A stretch of DNA of 64,000 bases from NCBI GenBank assembly GCA_937952265.1, contig CALFYW010000016.1, positions 77,633 through 141,632 of the forward strand, read 5' to 3'. The first letter of the stretch is position 1, and the number at the start of each line of letters is the position of its first letter. The notes beneath the pieces were generated by a model that saw only the letters and a program-made list of their open reading frames with translations, had not been told where the DNA came from and did no database searches. The DNA comes from an uncultured bacterium. Its GTDB lineage: Bacteria; Patescibacteriota; Minisyncoccia; Phycocordibacterales; GCA-2401445. The translations under genes were made by a program, and so were the position numbers. Of the stretch, positions 41,168 through 50,582 are shown piece by piece.

Positions 41168-42064
41168 TTAACGCGCTTCCCCCGCTTTCTCCAGCTCAGC
41201 AATAACTATTTTTTTCATCCCAAGCATTGCTGGCGTTGTCTGTTTGGGATTTTTCTCAATGAGTTCGCCCATATGCTGAGGTACGATTTGCCATGATACC
41301 CCAAATTTGTCCTTGACCCAACCACACTGTTCAGCTTCCGGTACGGCGGAAAGTTGCTCCCAAAAATAATCAATCTCTTCTTGATCTTTGCAATTAACCA
41401 TAAAAGAAACCGCTTCATTAAAATTAAAATCGTGCATTGTACTGCTCCCATCCATTGCTGCAAACCACTGATTTTCAAGCATAAAATCCGTAAACATAAT
41501 CCCCCCTTCTTTATTCGGTTCCATATCTTTAGGATAGCGAACCAGTGCGCCCTGTTGAGTATTTTTAAACACAGAAAGATAAAAATCTACCGCCTTCTCT
41601 GCACGATCACCTGTCGCACTTACAAAAAGTAGAGCAGGAATTATGAGTGGGCGTATCTCCCCTTCGGGTTTGGTATAAATTAATTGCCACGAAAATCCAT
41701 ACTTATCTTGTACCCAGCCATACCTCTCACTAAAAGGGTACTCGCCGAGTGGCATGAGTGCTTTGCCACCTTCTGATAACTTCTCCCATATTTCATCGAT
41801 TCGCTCTCTTGCGTCCTTGTCCTGCGATGGATCAAAATTGACCATGATTGAAATGGATGGATTGAAGGTAAAAAGTGGTCCAGCACTCAATGCTTGAAAA
41901 CGATATCCCATAATCTCAAAGTCGACGATATCGCAATCTCCAGAAGGTGTGCCTTGTATGAGTGATTGGCTAACTACCCGAGAGTCTGGAAATATCGAGG
42001 TATAAAATTGAGCTGCTTCGACTGCTTCTTTATTAAACCAAAGGTGTGGAGTAATTTTCTGCAT
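41168..42064 (-). CDS. Tandem-domain VOC family protein (PhnB-like)
   Basis: Two repeats beginning 'ITPHLWFNKEAVEAAQFYTSIF' and 'IIPALLFVSATGDRAEKAVDFYLSVF'. Confidence 0.65.
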   Translation of the reverse strand: MQKITPHLWFNKEAVEAAQFYTSIFPDSRVVSQSLIQGTPSGDCDIVDFEIMGYRFQALSAGPLFTFNPSISIMVNFDPSQDKDARERIDEIWEKLSEGGKALMPLGEYPFSERYGWVQDKYGFSWQLIYTKPEGEIRPLIIPALLFVSATGDRAEKAVDFYLSVFKNTQQGALVRYPKDMEPNKEGGIMFTDFMLENQWFAAMDGSSTMHDFNFNEAVSFMVNCKDQEEIDYFWEQLSAVPEAEQCGWVKDKFGVSWQIVPQHMGELIEKNPKQTTPAMLGMKKIVIAELEKAGEAR

Positions 42065-42103
42065 AGTATCGCTTCACTTATTCGTTCTATAATTTTCATT
42101 ATA

Positions 42104-42367
42104 TCATCTTTTTTTATTTCCTCGATGCGGGCATCCAGACCAACAGCACGGGCGCCGTTTTCCATCACCTAAATTTTCTTTGGCAATCCGAATTCGGCGC
42201 GCTCTGGTCTCCTTCAGTTTCGCCGATTCAACCCAACAAATCCACTCATTCCGAGCGAGCGGAGTGATAGACTCCCAGGTCAGGAACGCGCTACGGCGAG
42301 ATGAAATTGCATTTCGAAAATCAGTAGGAAGACGGTGTAGAAAACCATGGGAAATCCTTTTTATCAT
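42104..42367 (-). CDS. YdeI/OmpD-associated family small protein
   Basis: 'WICWVESAKLKETRARRIRIAKENL'. Confidence 0.5.
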   Translation of the reverse strand: MIKRISHGFLHRLPTDFRNAISSRRSAFLTWESITPLARNEWICWVESAKLKETRARRIRIAKENLGDGKRRPCCWSGCPHRGNKKR

Positions 42368-42539
42368 AAATAATTCTTAAATCCTTTGGTTACCCTCACC
42401 ATTTTGGCGGTGTGCATTAAACAAAGTTCGAGTGTATTTTTCTGATAACCCTAACGACGAATCACGCGCACCAAAAACAATCGAGCGACTTCGGGCACTC
42501 AACGTTTGCTTATTGTTTACTATGACTGTTCCACAAGAG

Positions 42540-42959
42540 TTATATAGCACCTTGGGTCGGTGTCTGAGAAGGAATATTCTGTTTTGATGCCTTGTAGACA
42601 TTAAAGAATAGATATACCAAGACCACGTATCCAAGGATCTTGATGACGATACCATTCATGAAATCCGAAGGAGAACTTAACACAAAATTGTTTACCAAGG
42701 AATAGATCAGAGATAATGAGAGGTAGGTGTAAGCAATAGGTATGGCTTTGGGGGAGTGTTTTTTGAATAACGATGCGATAACAAGAAAAATAATAAAGGT
42801 AAGGACAAAAAATCCTAGAGAAGCAAGTAGATACATTCGTACTGTGTCTGGATTAGACGAATCAGTAAAACCAAGACCAAAAATAATGATAAATATGACT
42901 GACGCCACAGCCATAGCTCGGAAATTTCTCTTTGCAAGATTCCAATAGTCTTTTTGCAT
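42540..42959 (-). CDS. Hypothetical membrane protein (4 TM)
   Basis: Hydrophobicity pattern only. Confidence 0.4.
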   Translation of the reverse strand: MQKDYWNLAKRNFRAMAVASVIFIIIFGLGFTDSSNPDTVRMYLLASLGFFVLTFIIFLVIASLFKKHSPKAIPIAYTYLSLSLIYSLVNNFVLSSPSDFMNGIVIKILGYVVLVYLFFNVYKASKQNIPSQTPTQGAI

Positions 42960-43132
42960 ATAAACTTCTGATTACTTAATAAAAGATACACTTTAAGTTT
43001 ACCATTGTTCTGTTTGTTGGAAAGATTTGTTCTTCGTCAACCAGTCAACCGTCAACCTGCCAGGTTGACTGGTGTTCAGGACAAACAACAAATAGGGACC
43101 TTCTTAAGGATGGTTCGTTTTAAGACTTCTTT

Positions 43133-43474
43133 TCACCACAACCTGATTTTCATTGCTTTTTGTAAGATAAGGCCAATCACGAAACTGATGAAAAAAACCC
43201 AGAGAATTTGAAAGATGAAGATATCACCAAGACCAATTGCGAATATGATAAATGGACCAAGTAGATACAATGGAATATTGATGAAAATATCTGCGATTGT
43301 TATAAAGATAAAAGCGAGTGCACCTAGAGGTGGCTCGTCACCAAAGTGAGAGACAGTGAGCACAGAAGCGTAATACATACTGGTAAAAAAGAACGAGAAT
43401 ATTATCGGAAAAAATCGACTTTCTAATATCGTTTTTTTCGGACGTGTTTGCTTTTCAGGAAAACTTTCATTCAT
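43133..43474 (-). CDS. Hypothetical membrane protein (3 TM)
   Basis: Hydrophobicity pattern only. Confidence 0.4.
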   Translation of the reverse strand: MNESFPEKQTRPKKTILESRFFPIIFSFFFTSMYYASVLTVSHFGDEPPLGALAFIFITIADIFINIPLYLLGPFIIFAIGLGDIFIFQILWVFFISFVIGLILQKAMKIRLW

Positions 43475-43636
43475 AATTATAGTGTATCAAGATAATTCGT
43501 GTTCTCAAAATAGCATGTACCCCATTTCTTAGACACATCCAGTCCATGTAGCGAGTCCTGCATAATCCCATTTCGTAGTTCACGAGCGGATGCGATTTTA
43601 TCGATGAATGAACAATTACGGACAAAGAAGTAATCT

Positions 43637-43724
43637 GCGGAGAGTGAGGGATTCGAACCCTCGAGGGGCTATTAACCCCTACCTCGTTAGCAGTGAGGCG
43701 CTTTCGACCACTCAGCCAACTCTC
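43637..43724 (-). tRNA. tRNA-Ser (anticodon GCT), long variable arm
   Basis: Acceptor GGAGAGT/ACTCTCC, 3-bp D-stem, anticodon loop CTGCTAA, variable arm TAGGGGTTAATAGCCCCTC, T-loop TTCGAAT. Confidence 0.8.
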
Positions 43725-43730
43725 CGTGAA

Positions 43731-43970
43731 CTATTTATATTTTCTATAAAGCTGTTCTCTCTTATAACCTTTTTTAAACTTTTTCTCTAGTCTCAATGCC
43801 TCTTTATCAGTATCACAAGAGACCTTCTCGAGGATTATAAGAGGTCTTCGTGCTTTGGTTGATTTGACTTGTCCACTATTATGCTCTCTTAGGCGCCGAT
43901 CTATATTATTCGTTTTGCCAATATAAAAACCTTTATCTTTCTGGCTCTTCAAAATATAAACCCAACACAT
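43731..43970 (-). CDS. GIY-YIG nuclease-domain protein (UPF0213/YhbQ-like)
   Basis: 'MCWVYILKSQKDKGFYIGKTNNIDRRLREHNSG' carries the GIY-(10)-YIG, Arg and HN motifs. Start set at an internal Met. Confidence 0.7.
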   Translation of the reverse strand: MCWVYILKSQKDKGFYIGKTNNIDRRLREHNSGQVKSTKARRPLIILEKVSCDTDKEALRLEKKFKKGYKREQLYRKYK

Positions 43971-44012
43971 GGCATTTTGTTTAGTCTTTCGACCCCTGCC
44001 TGCCGGCAGGCA

Positions 44013-44028
44013 GGACTCAGCCAACTCT
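44013..44028. repeat. 16-nt direct repeat of the tRNA-Ser 5' end (actcagccaactctcc), preceded by the 20-bp palindrome cctgcctgccggcaggcagg
   Basis: Identical 16-mer at 43709-43724 (inside the tRNA-Ser 5' acceptor/D region) and at 44013-44028; the GIY-YIG gene lies between. Confidence 0.6.
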
Positions 44029-44121
44029 CCAAACGAATACACTCTAACATACATTTTCCCGTGCTTCTACGGCATCCGCATTATGCTAGTGAGAAACATG
44101 GTTTTCTCGTACAATAGCACC

Positions 44122-46272
44122 ATGCAATTACATGACCGCCTTGATACCATTGCTCGTCTCACCCCAGCCCAAAAACAAGGTCTTCATAAACTTAAACTGA
44201 TCACGGTTCGTGATCTTCTCTTTCATTTTCCTTCACGATATGGTGCCCCCGGCATACAAAAAAAGATAGCGTCCGTTCTAGCAGAAGAGCAAGTAGTCCT
44301 TTATGGAACCATTGAAAAACTGAAGACGAGCAAAGCATTTCGAAAAAAAATTGCGATGGCAGAAGCGCGACTTACTGACGATACCGGAAATATTAAGCTC
44401 ATTTGGTTTCACCAGCCATATATTGCCAAAAAATTTAAAGAAAACATGCTCGTTCGTGTTGAAGGGAAAGTCTTTGAACGAAATGGGAGTTACTATCTTT
44501 CAAATCCAAAAATTGAACAAATCAATGAAATGCCCCCTGAAGCAAACTCACTTTTTGGATCTTCAGAGACACACCAACCCCTAACGCCCGTCTACCCTGA
44601 AAGTCGCGGTGTGAGTACACACTGGATTCAACATAAAATACAAACCGTACTTAAAAGCGGAATTCTTGAGAAAATTAAAGACCCTCTTCCTTCCGCGATA
44701 CTTACCACCTATCACCTTCCCACCCTCCATACCGCGCTTATCTGGATCCATGCCCCGAAAAAAGAACGCGACGCACTTGCCGCGCGAAAACGCTTTTCAT
44801 TTGAAGAAATTTTTCTGATTCAATTAAAACGCCATCTTGAAAAATCGGCTCGATCAAAATCTCCTGCTTACCCCATCAAGAAAAAAATGCAGGATATACA
44901 AAGTTTTATCGATCGCTTCCCTTTTACGGCTACCAAAGCCCAGGAAAAAGCAATACGGGATATCTTAAAAGATTTTGCGCGAGAAACCCCCATGGCACGA
45001 CTCCTTGAAGGGGATGTGGGAAGCGGGAAAACCTCGGTCGCGGCGGCAACCGTCTATGCGAGCGCGACAACGCGCCCGAAGGAAAGCGGATCTGGAGCAC
45101 TTCAAACCGCATACATGGTTCCTACCGAAGTACTTGCTAAACAGCAGTTTGAAAACTTCATTAAATTTTTTGCGCACATGCCCATTACCATTGGCCTCCT
45201 TACGGGAAGTGGATGTAAAAAATTTCCATCAAAAGTCGACCCAACTGCCGCAACTGAAATCTCTCGCGCCCAACTCTTAAAATGGGTAGCCAATGGAGAA
45301 ATACCCATTATCGTTGGTACCCATGCTTTGATTCAAAAAACAGTGCGCTTTAAAAACTTGGCATTGGTAATCGTTGATGAACAACACCGGTTTGGTGTTG
45401 CCCAACGCCAAACACTCCTTCAGAAAGAAGGGGTCACTCCTCACCTCCTTTCAATGACCGCCACACCTATTCCTCGGACACTCGCGCTCACGATGTACGG
45501 CGACCTTGACCTGACCATTCTTGACGAAATGCCTAAAGGAAGAAAACCAGTTATGACCGAGATCATACCGCCCGACAAACGAGATGCGGTATATGAAAAA
45601 ATACGCGATGAACTTCTTCAAGGTCGCCAAGCGTATGTTATTTGCCCCCGTATTGATGAACCTGACCCTGATAAAGTGCTTGCACTTAATGCAAAATCAG
45701 CAAAAGCTGAAGCAAAGCGTCTCCAGCAAAAAATTTTCCCTGAATATACGGTAGGAGTCCTTCACGGCAAACAAACCCCAAAAGAAAAGGAAGCGGTAAT
45801 GTTGCGTTTTTCACGAGGAGAAATCAATATTTTGGTCGCCACATCCGTTGTTGAAGTCGGGGTGAGCGTTCCCAATGCAACAATGATCATCATTGAGGGC
45901 GCGGAACGATTTGGACTCGCGCAACTTCACCAACTTCGAGGAAGAGTAATTCGAAGCACGCATCAAGCATACTGTTTTGTGTTTACGGAATCACGCGCGC
46001 CGAAAACAATCGAGCGACTTCGAGCACTTACGATTGCGAAAAATGGCTTTGAGCTTGCAGAGCAAGACCTCGTATTTCGTGGCGCAGGAACGCTCTCCGG
46101 CATTCGACAGTGGGGCATGTCCGATGTCGCGATGGATGCCTTACAGAACCTGAAAATGGTAGAGGCTGCGCGCGAAGAAGCGCGCCTGCTTCTTGAGAGA
46201 GACCCCTTATTATCAAAATATCCGCTTCTGAAAGAGAGCGTCGCTTCTGCATCACATATTCATTTTGAATGA
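44122..46272 (+). CDS. recG: ATP-dependent DNA helicase RecG
   Basis: Wedge domain, Walker A 'GDVGSGKTSVAAA', 'IVDEQHRFGV', 'TATPIPRTL'. Start at ATG 44122 preceded by tacaat. Confidence 0.9.
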   Translation: MQLHDRLDTIARLTPAQKQGLHKLKLITVRDLLFHFPSRYGAPGIQKKIASVLAEEQVVLYGTIEKLKTSKAFRKKIAMAEARLTDDTGNIKLIWFHQPYIAKKFKENMLVRVEGKVFERNGSYYLSNPKIEQINEMPPEANSLFGSSETHQPLTPVYPESRGVSTHWIQHKIQTVLKSGILEKIKDPLPSAILTTYHLPTLHTALIWIHAPKKERDALAARKRFSFEEIFLIQLKRHLEKSARSKSPAYPIKKKMQDIQSFIDRFPFTATKAQEKAIRDILKDFARETPMARLLEGDVGSGKTSVAAATVYASATTRPKESGSGALQTAYMVPTEVLAKQQFENFIKFFAHMPITIGLLTGSGCKKFPSKVDPTAATEISRAQLLKWVANGEIPIIVGTHALIQKTVRFKNLALVIVDEQHRFGVAQRQTLLQKEGVTPHLLSMTATPIPRTLALTMYGDLDLTILDEMPKGRKPVMTEIIPPDKRDAVYEKIRDELLQGRQAYVICPRIDEPDPDKVLALNAKSAKAEAKRLQQKIFPEYTVGVLHGKQTPKEKEAVMLRFSRGEINILVATSVVEVGVSVPNATMIIIEGAERFGLAQLHQLRGRVIRSTHQAYCFVFTESRAPKTIERLRALTIAKNGFELAEQDLVFRGAGTLSGIRQWGMSDVAMDALQNLKMVEAAREEARLLLERDPLLSKYPLLKESVASASHIHFE

Positions 46273-46274
46273 AG

Positions 46275-46346
46275 TGCGCGTGGAGGGATTCGAACCCCCA
46301 ACAACCCGCGTATAAGGCGGACACTCTACCATTGAGTTACACGCGC
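46275..46346 (-). tRNA. tRNA-Ile (anticodon TAT)
   Basis: Acceptor GCGCGTG/CACGCGC, D-stem ACTC/GAGT, anticodon stem TCCGC/GCGGG with loop CTTATAC, T-stem GGGGG/CCCTC. Confidence 0.65.
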
Positions 46347-46422
46347 AAATCTAGAGACATACTACCCCAAAAATCAATCCGAGGTAAGATGTTTAGAAAT
46401 TCTAGTATGCACCCTTCTTATT

Positions 46423-48345
46423 TTACTCCTGGTGCTCAATATCTTTTTTCTGTTTGGGCATGATGCCGTGCGTGATAAGGAGCTTTTCATATTCATCACG
46501 CTCAATGGTTTCCTTTTCAATGAGATAGTTCGCGATCGCATCAAGCGCTTTGCGGTGTGTAGTGATAATTTCTTCTGCTTTTCCGACCGCTTCAGTGATA
46601 ATGAGTGAGACCTCAGCGTCAATTTCCGCGCTTACGCGCTCTGAATATTCTTTACTATCAACACCACGGCCGAAGAGCACCCCTCCCGAAGCTCCTTCAA
46701 GCGCCACTGGGCCCATCTTCTCCGACATACCATATTTGGTTACCATATCACGCGCAAGGGCGGTCGCGACTTGCAAATCATTTGAGGGGCCCGTAGTAAG
46801 ATCATTAAAAATTTTCTGCTCTGTTACATACCCTCCGAGCGACATGGCAATATCGTCCAAAAATTCATTACGTGATTGTAGTTTTCGATCTTCTAAAGGA
46901 AGTTTGAGCGTGTACCCTGCCGCACGACCTCGAGAAATAACAGAGATCTTATGCACCGGATCAGCGTATGGCAAGACTGACGCAACAAGCGCATGCCCAG
47001 CTTCATGGTATGCGGTGATTTCTTTCTCCCGCTTAGAGAGTAGGTGGCTCTTTCGTTCAGGGCCAAGCATTACTTTTTCAATTGATCGGATCAGGTCAAA
47101 CTGGGAAATTTTTTGTCTATTTTCTCGAGCTGCAAGAATGGCGCCTTCATTCATCAAGGAATAAAGATCCGCACCAGAGAAACCGGGTGTTCGTTCCGCA
47201 AGAATGCGCGGATTCACATCTTCGGCCATGGGTTTTTTTCGGGAATGAATACGCAAGATCTCTTCTCGGTCATTGCGATCTGGAAGATCAATCGTAACTC
47301 GACGATCAAATCGGCCGGGACGAAGCAGTGCCGGATCAAGTACATCAGGCCGATTCGTTGCCGCCATGACAATCACTTTTTCATTAGGCTCAAACCCATC
47401 CATTTCTACTAAAATCTGGTTTAAGGTTTGTTCACGCTCATCATTTCCTCCGCCAACCCCAGTTCCTCGCACGCGCCCTACCGCATCAATTTCATCCACA
47501 AAAATAATTGCGGGGGCTGCCTGCTTTGCCATCTTAAAGAGATCACGTACCCGTGACGCTCCCACACCCACAAACATTTCCACAAATTCAGAACCTGAGA
47601 TAGAGAAAAATGGCACTCCAGCTTCACCCGCAACAGCCCGCGCAAGCAATGTCTTTCCCGTACCAGGCGCCCCCATGAGAATGACTCCTTTTGGGATACG
47701 CGCTCCAATTTCTAAAAACTTCTTCGGATTCTTAAGAAAATCGACAATTTCGAGCAATTCTTCCTTTGCTTCTTTTACTCCCGCTACATCTTTAAATGTT
47801 ACGCGCTGATTCTTATTATGCGGATCGATAATACGAGCCTTAGACTGACCAAAGGAGAATGCCTGCATTCCTGCGCCTTTCACTTGCCGTGAAATAAACC
47901 AAAAGAAAAAGATTATGAAAATAATAGGAATTAAAATTGGCGCGAGATTCAAGAACCAGTATCCAAGCCCGCTTGGACGCTTAAACTCAATCGTGAGACT
48001 CGCGAGTCCATCAGCAGGAACTCCGTAGTTTGCAAGTGTTTCAATGAGCGAAGCCCCTGCCTCTTTTTTCGATTCCTTCTCGCTACCATCCTTATACGTA
48101 ACCACAAGATCGTCTCCAGAGACAACCACCCCTTCAACCATTGAAGCTCGAATATCAGCCGCTACGGTTGAAAGCGGGACCACCTCCTGATTTGAAGTAT
48201 CTGCTATTGCGGAATAGAGCGTAACAATAATGAGGAGCGTGAGGAGGATACCAAAAAAATTTCCGAAAATTCCCCCGCTCTTTTTAGGAAAATTCTTTTT
48301 TCCGCGCGCATGCTTTTTTTCATCTTTTTTATGACGAGAAACCAT
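46423..48345 (-). CDS. ftsH: ATP-dependent zinc metalloprotease FtsH
   Basis: AAA Walker A '[19 protein letters not shown]', SRH, Zn site 'HEAGHAL'. Start at internal ATG (MVSRHKK). Confidence 0.9.
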   Translation of the reverse strand: MVSRHKKDEKKHARGKKNFPKKSGGIFGNFFGILLTLLIIVTLYSAIADTSNQEVVPLSTVAADIRASMVEGVVVSGDDLVVTYKDGSEKESKKEAGASLIETLANYGVPADGLASLTIEFKRPSGLGYWFLNLAPILIPIIFIIFFFWFISRQVKGAGMQAFSFGQSKARIIDPHNKNQRVTFKDVAGVKEAKEELLEIVDFLKNPKKFLEIGARIPKGVILMGAPGTGKTLLARAVAGEAGVPFFSISGSEFVEMFVGVGASRVRDLFKMAKQAAPAIIFVDEIDAVGRVRGTGVGGGNDEREQTLNQILVEMDGFEPNEKVIVMAATNRPDVLDPALLRPGRFDRRVTIDLPDRNDREEILRIHSRKKPMAEDVNPRILAERTPGFSGADLYSLMNEGAILAARENRQKISQFDLIRSIEKVMLGPERKSHLLSKREKEITAYHEAGHALVASVLPYADPVHKISVISRGRAAGYTLKLPLEDRKLQSRNEFLDDIAMSLGGYVTEQKIFNDLTTGPSNDLQVATALARDMVTKYGMSEKMGPVALEGASGGVLFGRGVDSKEYSERVSAEIDAEVSLIITEAVGKAEEIITTHRKALDAIANYLIEKETIERDEYEKLLITHGIMPKQKKDIEHQE

Positions 48346-48704
48346 GATATTGCAATAGTATAGTCGAAACATGATACCAAAAAGAAAATACCGCGTCAAG
48401 AATGACGCGGTATGGTTTCTCAAAAAATACTTCAATCAAACAGTGCTCCGCACCTAAGGCACATATTTCCTTCAAATTCCCGATTCCCCGGGTAATAAAG
48501 GCTTTGAACTGAAGTGCTGTGGCAACGAGGACACCGTTTTCGAAAAAGAAGAAAGATGAACAAGCCTATTGCGAGACCGGCCATCACTACGGAAAGGAAG
48601 ATAGATATCATAAAACCTCCAGTAATAGAATGGGTAATTCCGAATTCTAGGATGAACTATATCCCAGAGTTCACAAAATGGTCAATACTCGCTAGTATTG
48701 AGAC

Positions 48705-49151
48705 ATGGAAATACTGGTAACCCACAAAAAAGCACGTTTTAACTTTGAAATCGGAGAGACCTTCGATGCGGGAATCGAGCTGATTGGACATGAGGTAAAA
48801 GCGCTCCGCGCACATCAGGGCTCTCTTGAGGGAGCGCACGTAAGCGTGCGTGGTAATGAAGCATATATTATTGGTATGCACATTCCGGCTTTTCAGCCCG
48901 CTAACACACCAGATACGTATGATCCTGATCGTAATCGACGCTTGCTCTTAAATAAAAAAGAGATCGCCACACTTTCGGGTAGTGAACGCACTAAGGGATT
49001 GACAATTGTCCCGATTATGGTGTACAATAGTAAGCGATTCATTAAGGTTCGTTTGGGTATCGGCCGTGGAAAAAAACAATACGACAAACGCGAAACGATA
49101 AAAAAGCGTGATACCAAACGAGACATCGAACGAACATTAAAAAATGAATAA
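48705..49151 (+). CDS. smpB: SsrA-binding protein
   Basis: 'KKARFNFEIGETFDAGIELIGHEVKALR', C-terminal basic tail. Confidence 0.9.
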   Translation: MEILVTHKKARFNFEIGETFDAGIELIGHEVKALRAHQGSLEGAHVSVRGNEAYIIGMHIPAFQPANTPDTYDPDRNRRLLLNKKEIATLSGSERTKGLTIVPIMVYNSKRFIKVRLGIGRGKKQYDKRETIKKRDTKRDIERTLKNE

Positions 49152-49152
49152 C

Positions 49153-49548
49153 GGGGATGATTGGCCTCGACAAGAGTCTGCATATAATGGTGCACGCCGA
49201 GTTCCAGATACTCGTTAAACAGTCTGGAAATAAGAACTGCAAACACTGTAGCTTCTAAAGTAAAATCATTTGTTTCTCCGTATTTTACGGCGAACGATTT
49301 TGCTTTCGCTTACGCAAAAGCCTAAGCGACATCGTCTTACTCTCCTCCTAAAGGGAGTAAACACGGTGTAATCACTTTTAGGATAGCCATATAAGCGCCT
49401 ACTTATATGGCGAACACTAAGGATCGGAATATGAACATCTTGTCTTTTTCTTAGTTCATATCCTTAAAACCTTCGAAAAAGACTAAACGTTGTAGATATC
49501 TTTATATGTTTCTTTTGCACCCGGGTTCGATTCCCGGCATCTCCACAA
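49153..49548 (+). ncRNA. ssrA: tmRNA (SsrA)
   Basis: Begins 2 nt after the smpB stop. 5' GGGGATGATTGGCCTCGAC tRNA-like start. Tag reading frame GCG AAC GAT TTT GCT TTC GCT TAC GCA AAA GCC TAA (ANDFAFAYAKA). 3' T-arm GGGTTCGATTCCCGG and acceptor CATCTCC-A pairing with the 5' GGGGATG. Confidence 0.8.
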
Positions 49549-49549
49549 A

Positions 49550-49739
49550 TACAAAACACTCTGCCATTTATGGTGGAGTGTTTTGTGTTTGCTGGTATAT
49601 GAGGAGGAAGCGTAGCTTCCGGCGGGAATCGAAAGGCGGAGCGTTGTCGAGCGAAGCGAGACCGCGAGCCGGGGTCGAGAGCACTTAGCATTTTGTTACG
49701 TAGCATGCTACGTAACAAAATGGTTAGTGACTCGTGACC
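49550..49739 (+). mobile_element. About 190-bp GC-rich element inserted at the tmRNA 3' end, bounded by a 20-nt duplicate of the tmRNA 3' end at 49740-49759
   Basis: attcccggcatctccacaaa occurs at 49530-49549 (tmRNA 3' end) and again at 49740-49759. Internal terminator hairpin 49551-49590, core GAGCGAAGCGAGACCGCGAGCC, and a perfect 30-nt palindrome at 49691-49720. Confidence 0.5.
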
Positions 49740-49789
49740 ATTCCCGGCATCTCCACAAACACAGTGCATACCCAAAATATTGGAGTATG

Positions 49790-49818
49790 TTGACATTATC
49801 TATATATATGCTATAATT
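49790..49818 (+). promoter_or_regulatory. Sigma70-type promoter (TTGACA, 16-nt spacer, TATAAT)
   Basis: ttgacattatctatatatatgctataat directly after the distal tmRNA-end repeat. Confidence 0.5.
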
Positions 49819-49838
49819 TAAAATAGTGGTTCTTTCGA

Positions 49839-50078
49839 TTGTTAACGGAAATCAACACGGTTCTTTATCATCATTTTATGAAAGCAAACCCAAGTACCGA
49901 ATGGACTCCTGAGGAGCGACTCGCGATCATTGCTGAACATACCAATCATGCGATAACAGAAAGGTTTTTTTTCAGACCAGAAAAAATGATTCTTGTTATA
50001 GAGAAAACACGTTTTGTTGCAATGATGAATCAAAATTTCCTGGAAGCAAATCGTGATTTTATTCTCACAGCTGATTAA
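49839..50078 (+). CDS. Small hypothetical protein (66-79 aa depending on TTG/ATG start) with its own promoter and terminator
   Basis: ORF-track ORF; terminator hairpin aaaaagctctgcccccgcagagcttttt at 50088-50120; no recognised homology. Confidence 0.35.
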   Translation: MLTEINTVLYHHFMKANPSTEWTPEERLAIIAEHTNHAITERFFFRPEKMILVIEKTRFVAMMNQNFLEANRDFILTAD

Positions 50079-50582
50079 TATAGAATCCTTCAAAAAAGCT
50101 CTGCCCCCGCAGAGCTTTTTATTAAGCACAATTTAAATTTTATATTAAATATATTCTCAAAAGGGTTACCATATTTTAGAAGCCATGTTTTTAAAAAAAT
50201 CCCTCGAGCGATTCATACGTTCGAGGGATTCACAACAACGAGATTCTCACCTAGCCCAATGAGGGGTCCCTAGGGGAGAAGGGTGTTGCTGTTGGTGTTG
50301 GTGTGGCGAGTTGACGGTTCGATTTCGAGCAGATGTGGTAACGATTCGAGGCTCGGTTGATGTGCAAGCATACGCAGATGCCTTTCTCTTCGATTTTTCT
50401 AGCGCGTCTACCTGTCGTTAGTAGATCCTCCCTACTAACTAATGTTCCACTAACAAGATTACAAAACTAGGTATTTTTGTCAATCAATACCCGAAGACAC
50501 GCTTGCATCGAATCACAAAAATATGGTACAAATAACTACCAATAGAACACCCCCACAACCATAATCATAAAAAATAAACACA

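Noticed and set aside
41974-42168. 64-aa minus-strand ORF
   Set aside because: It overlaps the end of the YdeI-like gene and the start region of the PhnB-like gene, and has no recognisable features.
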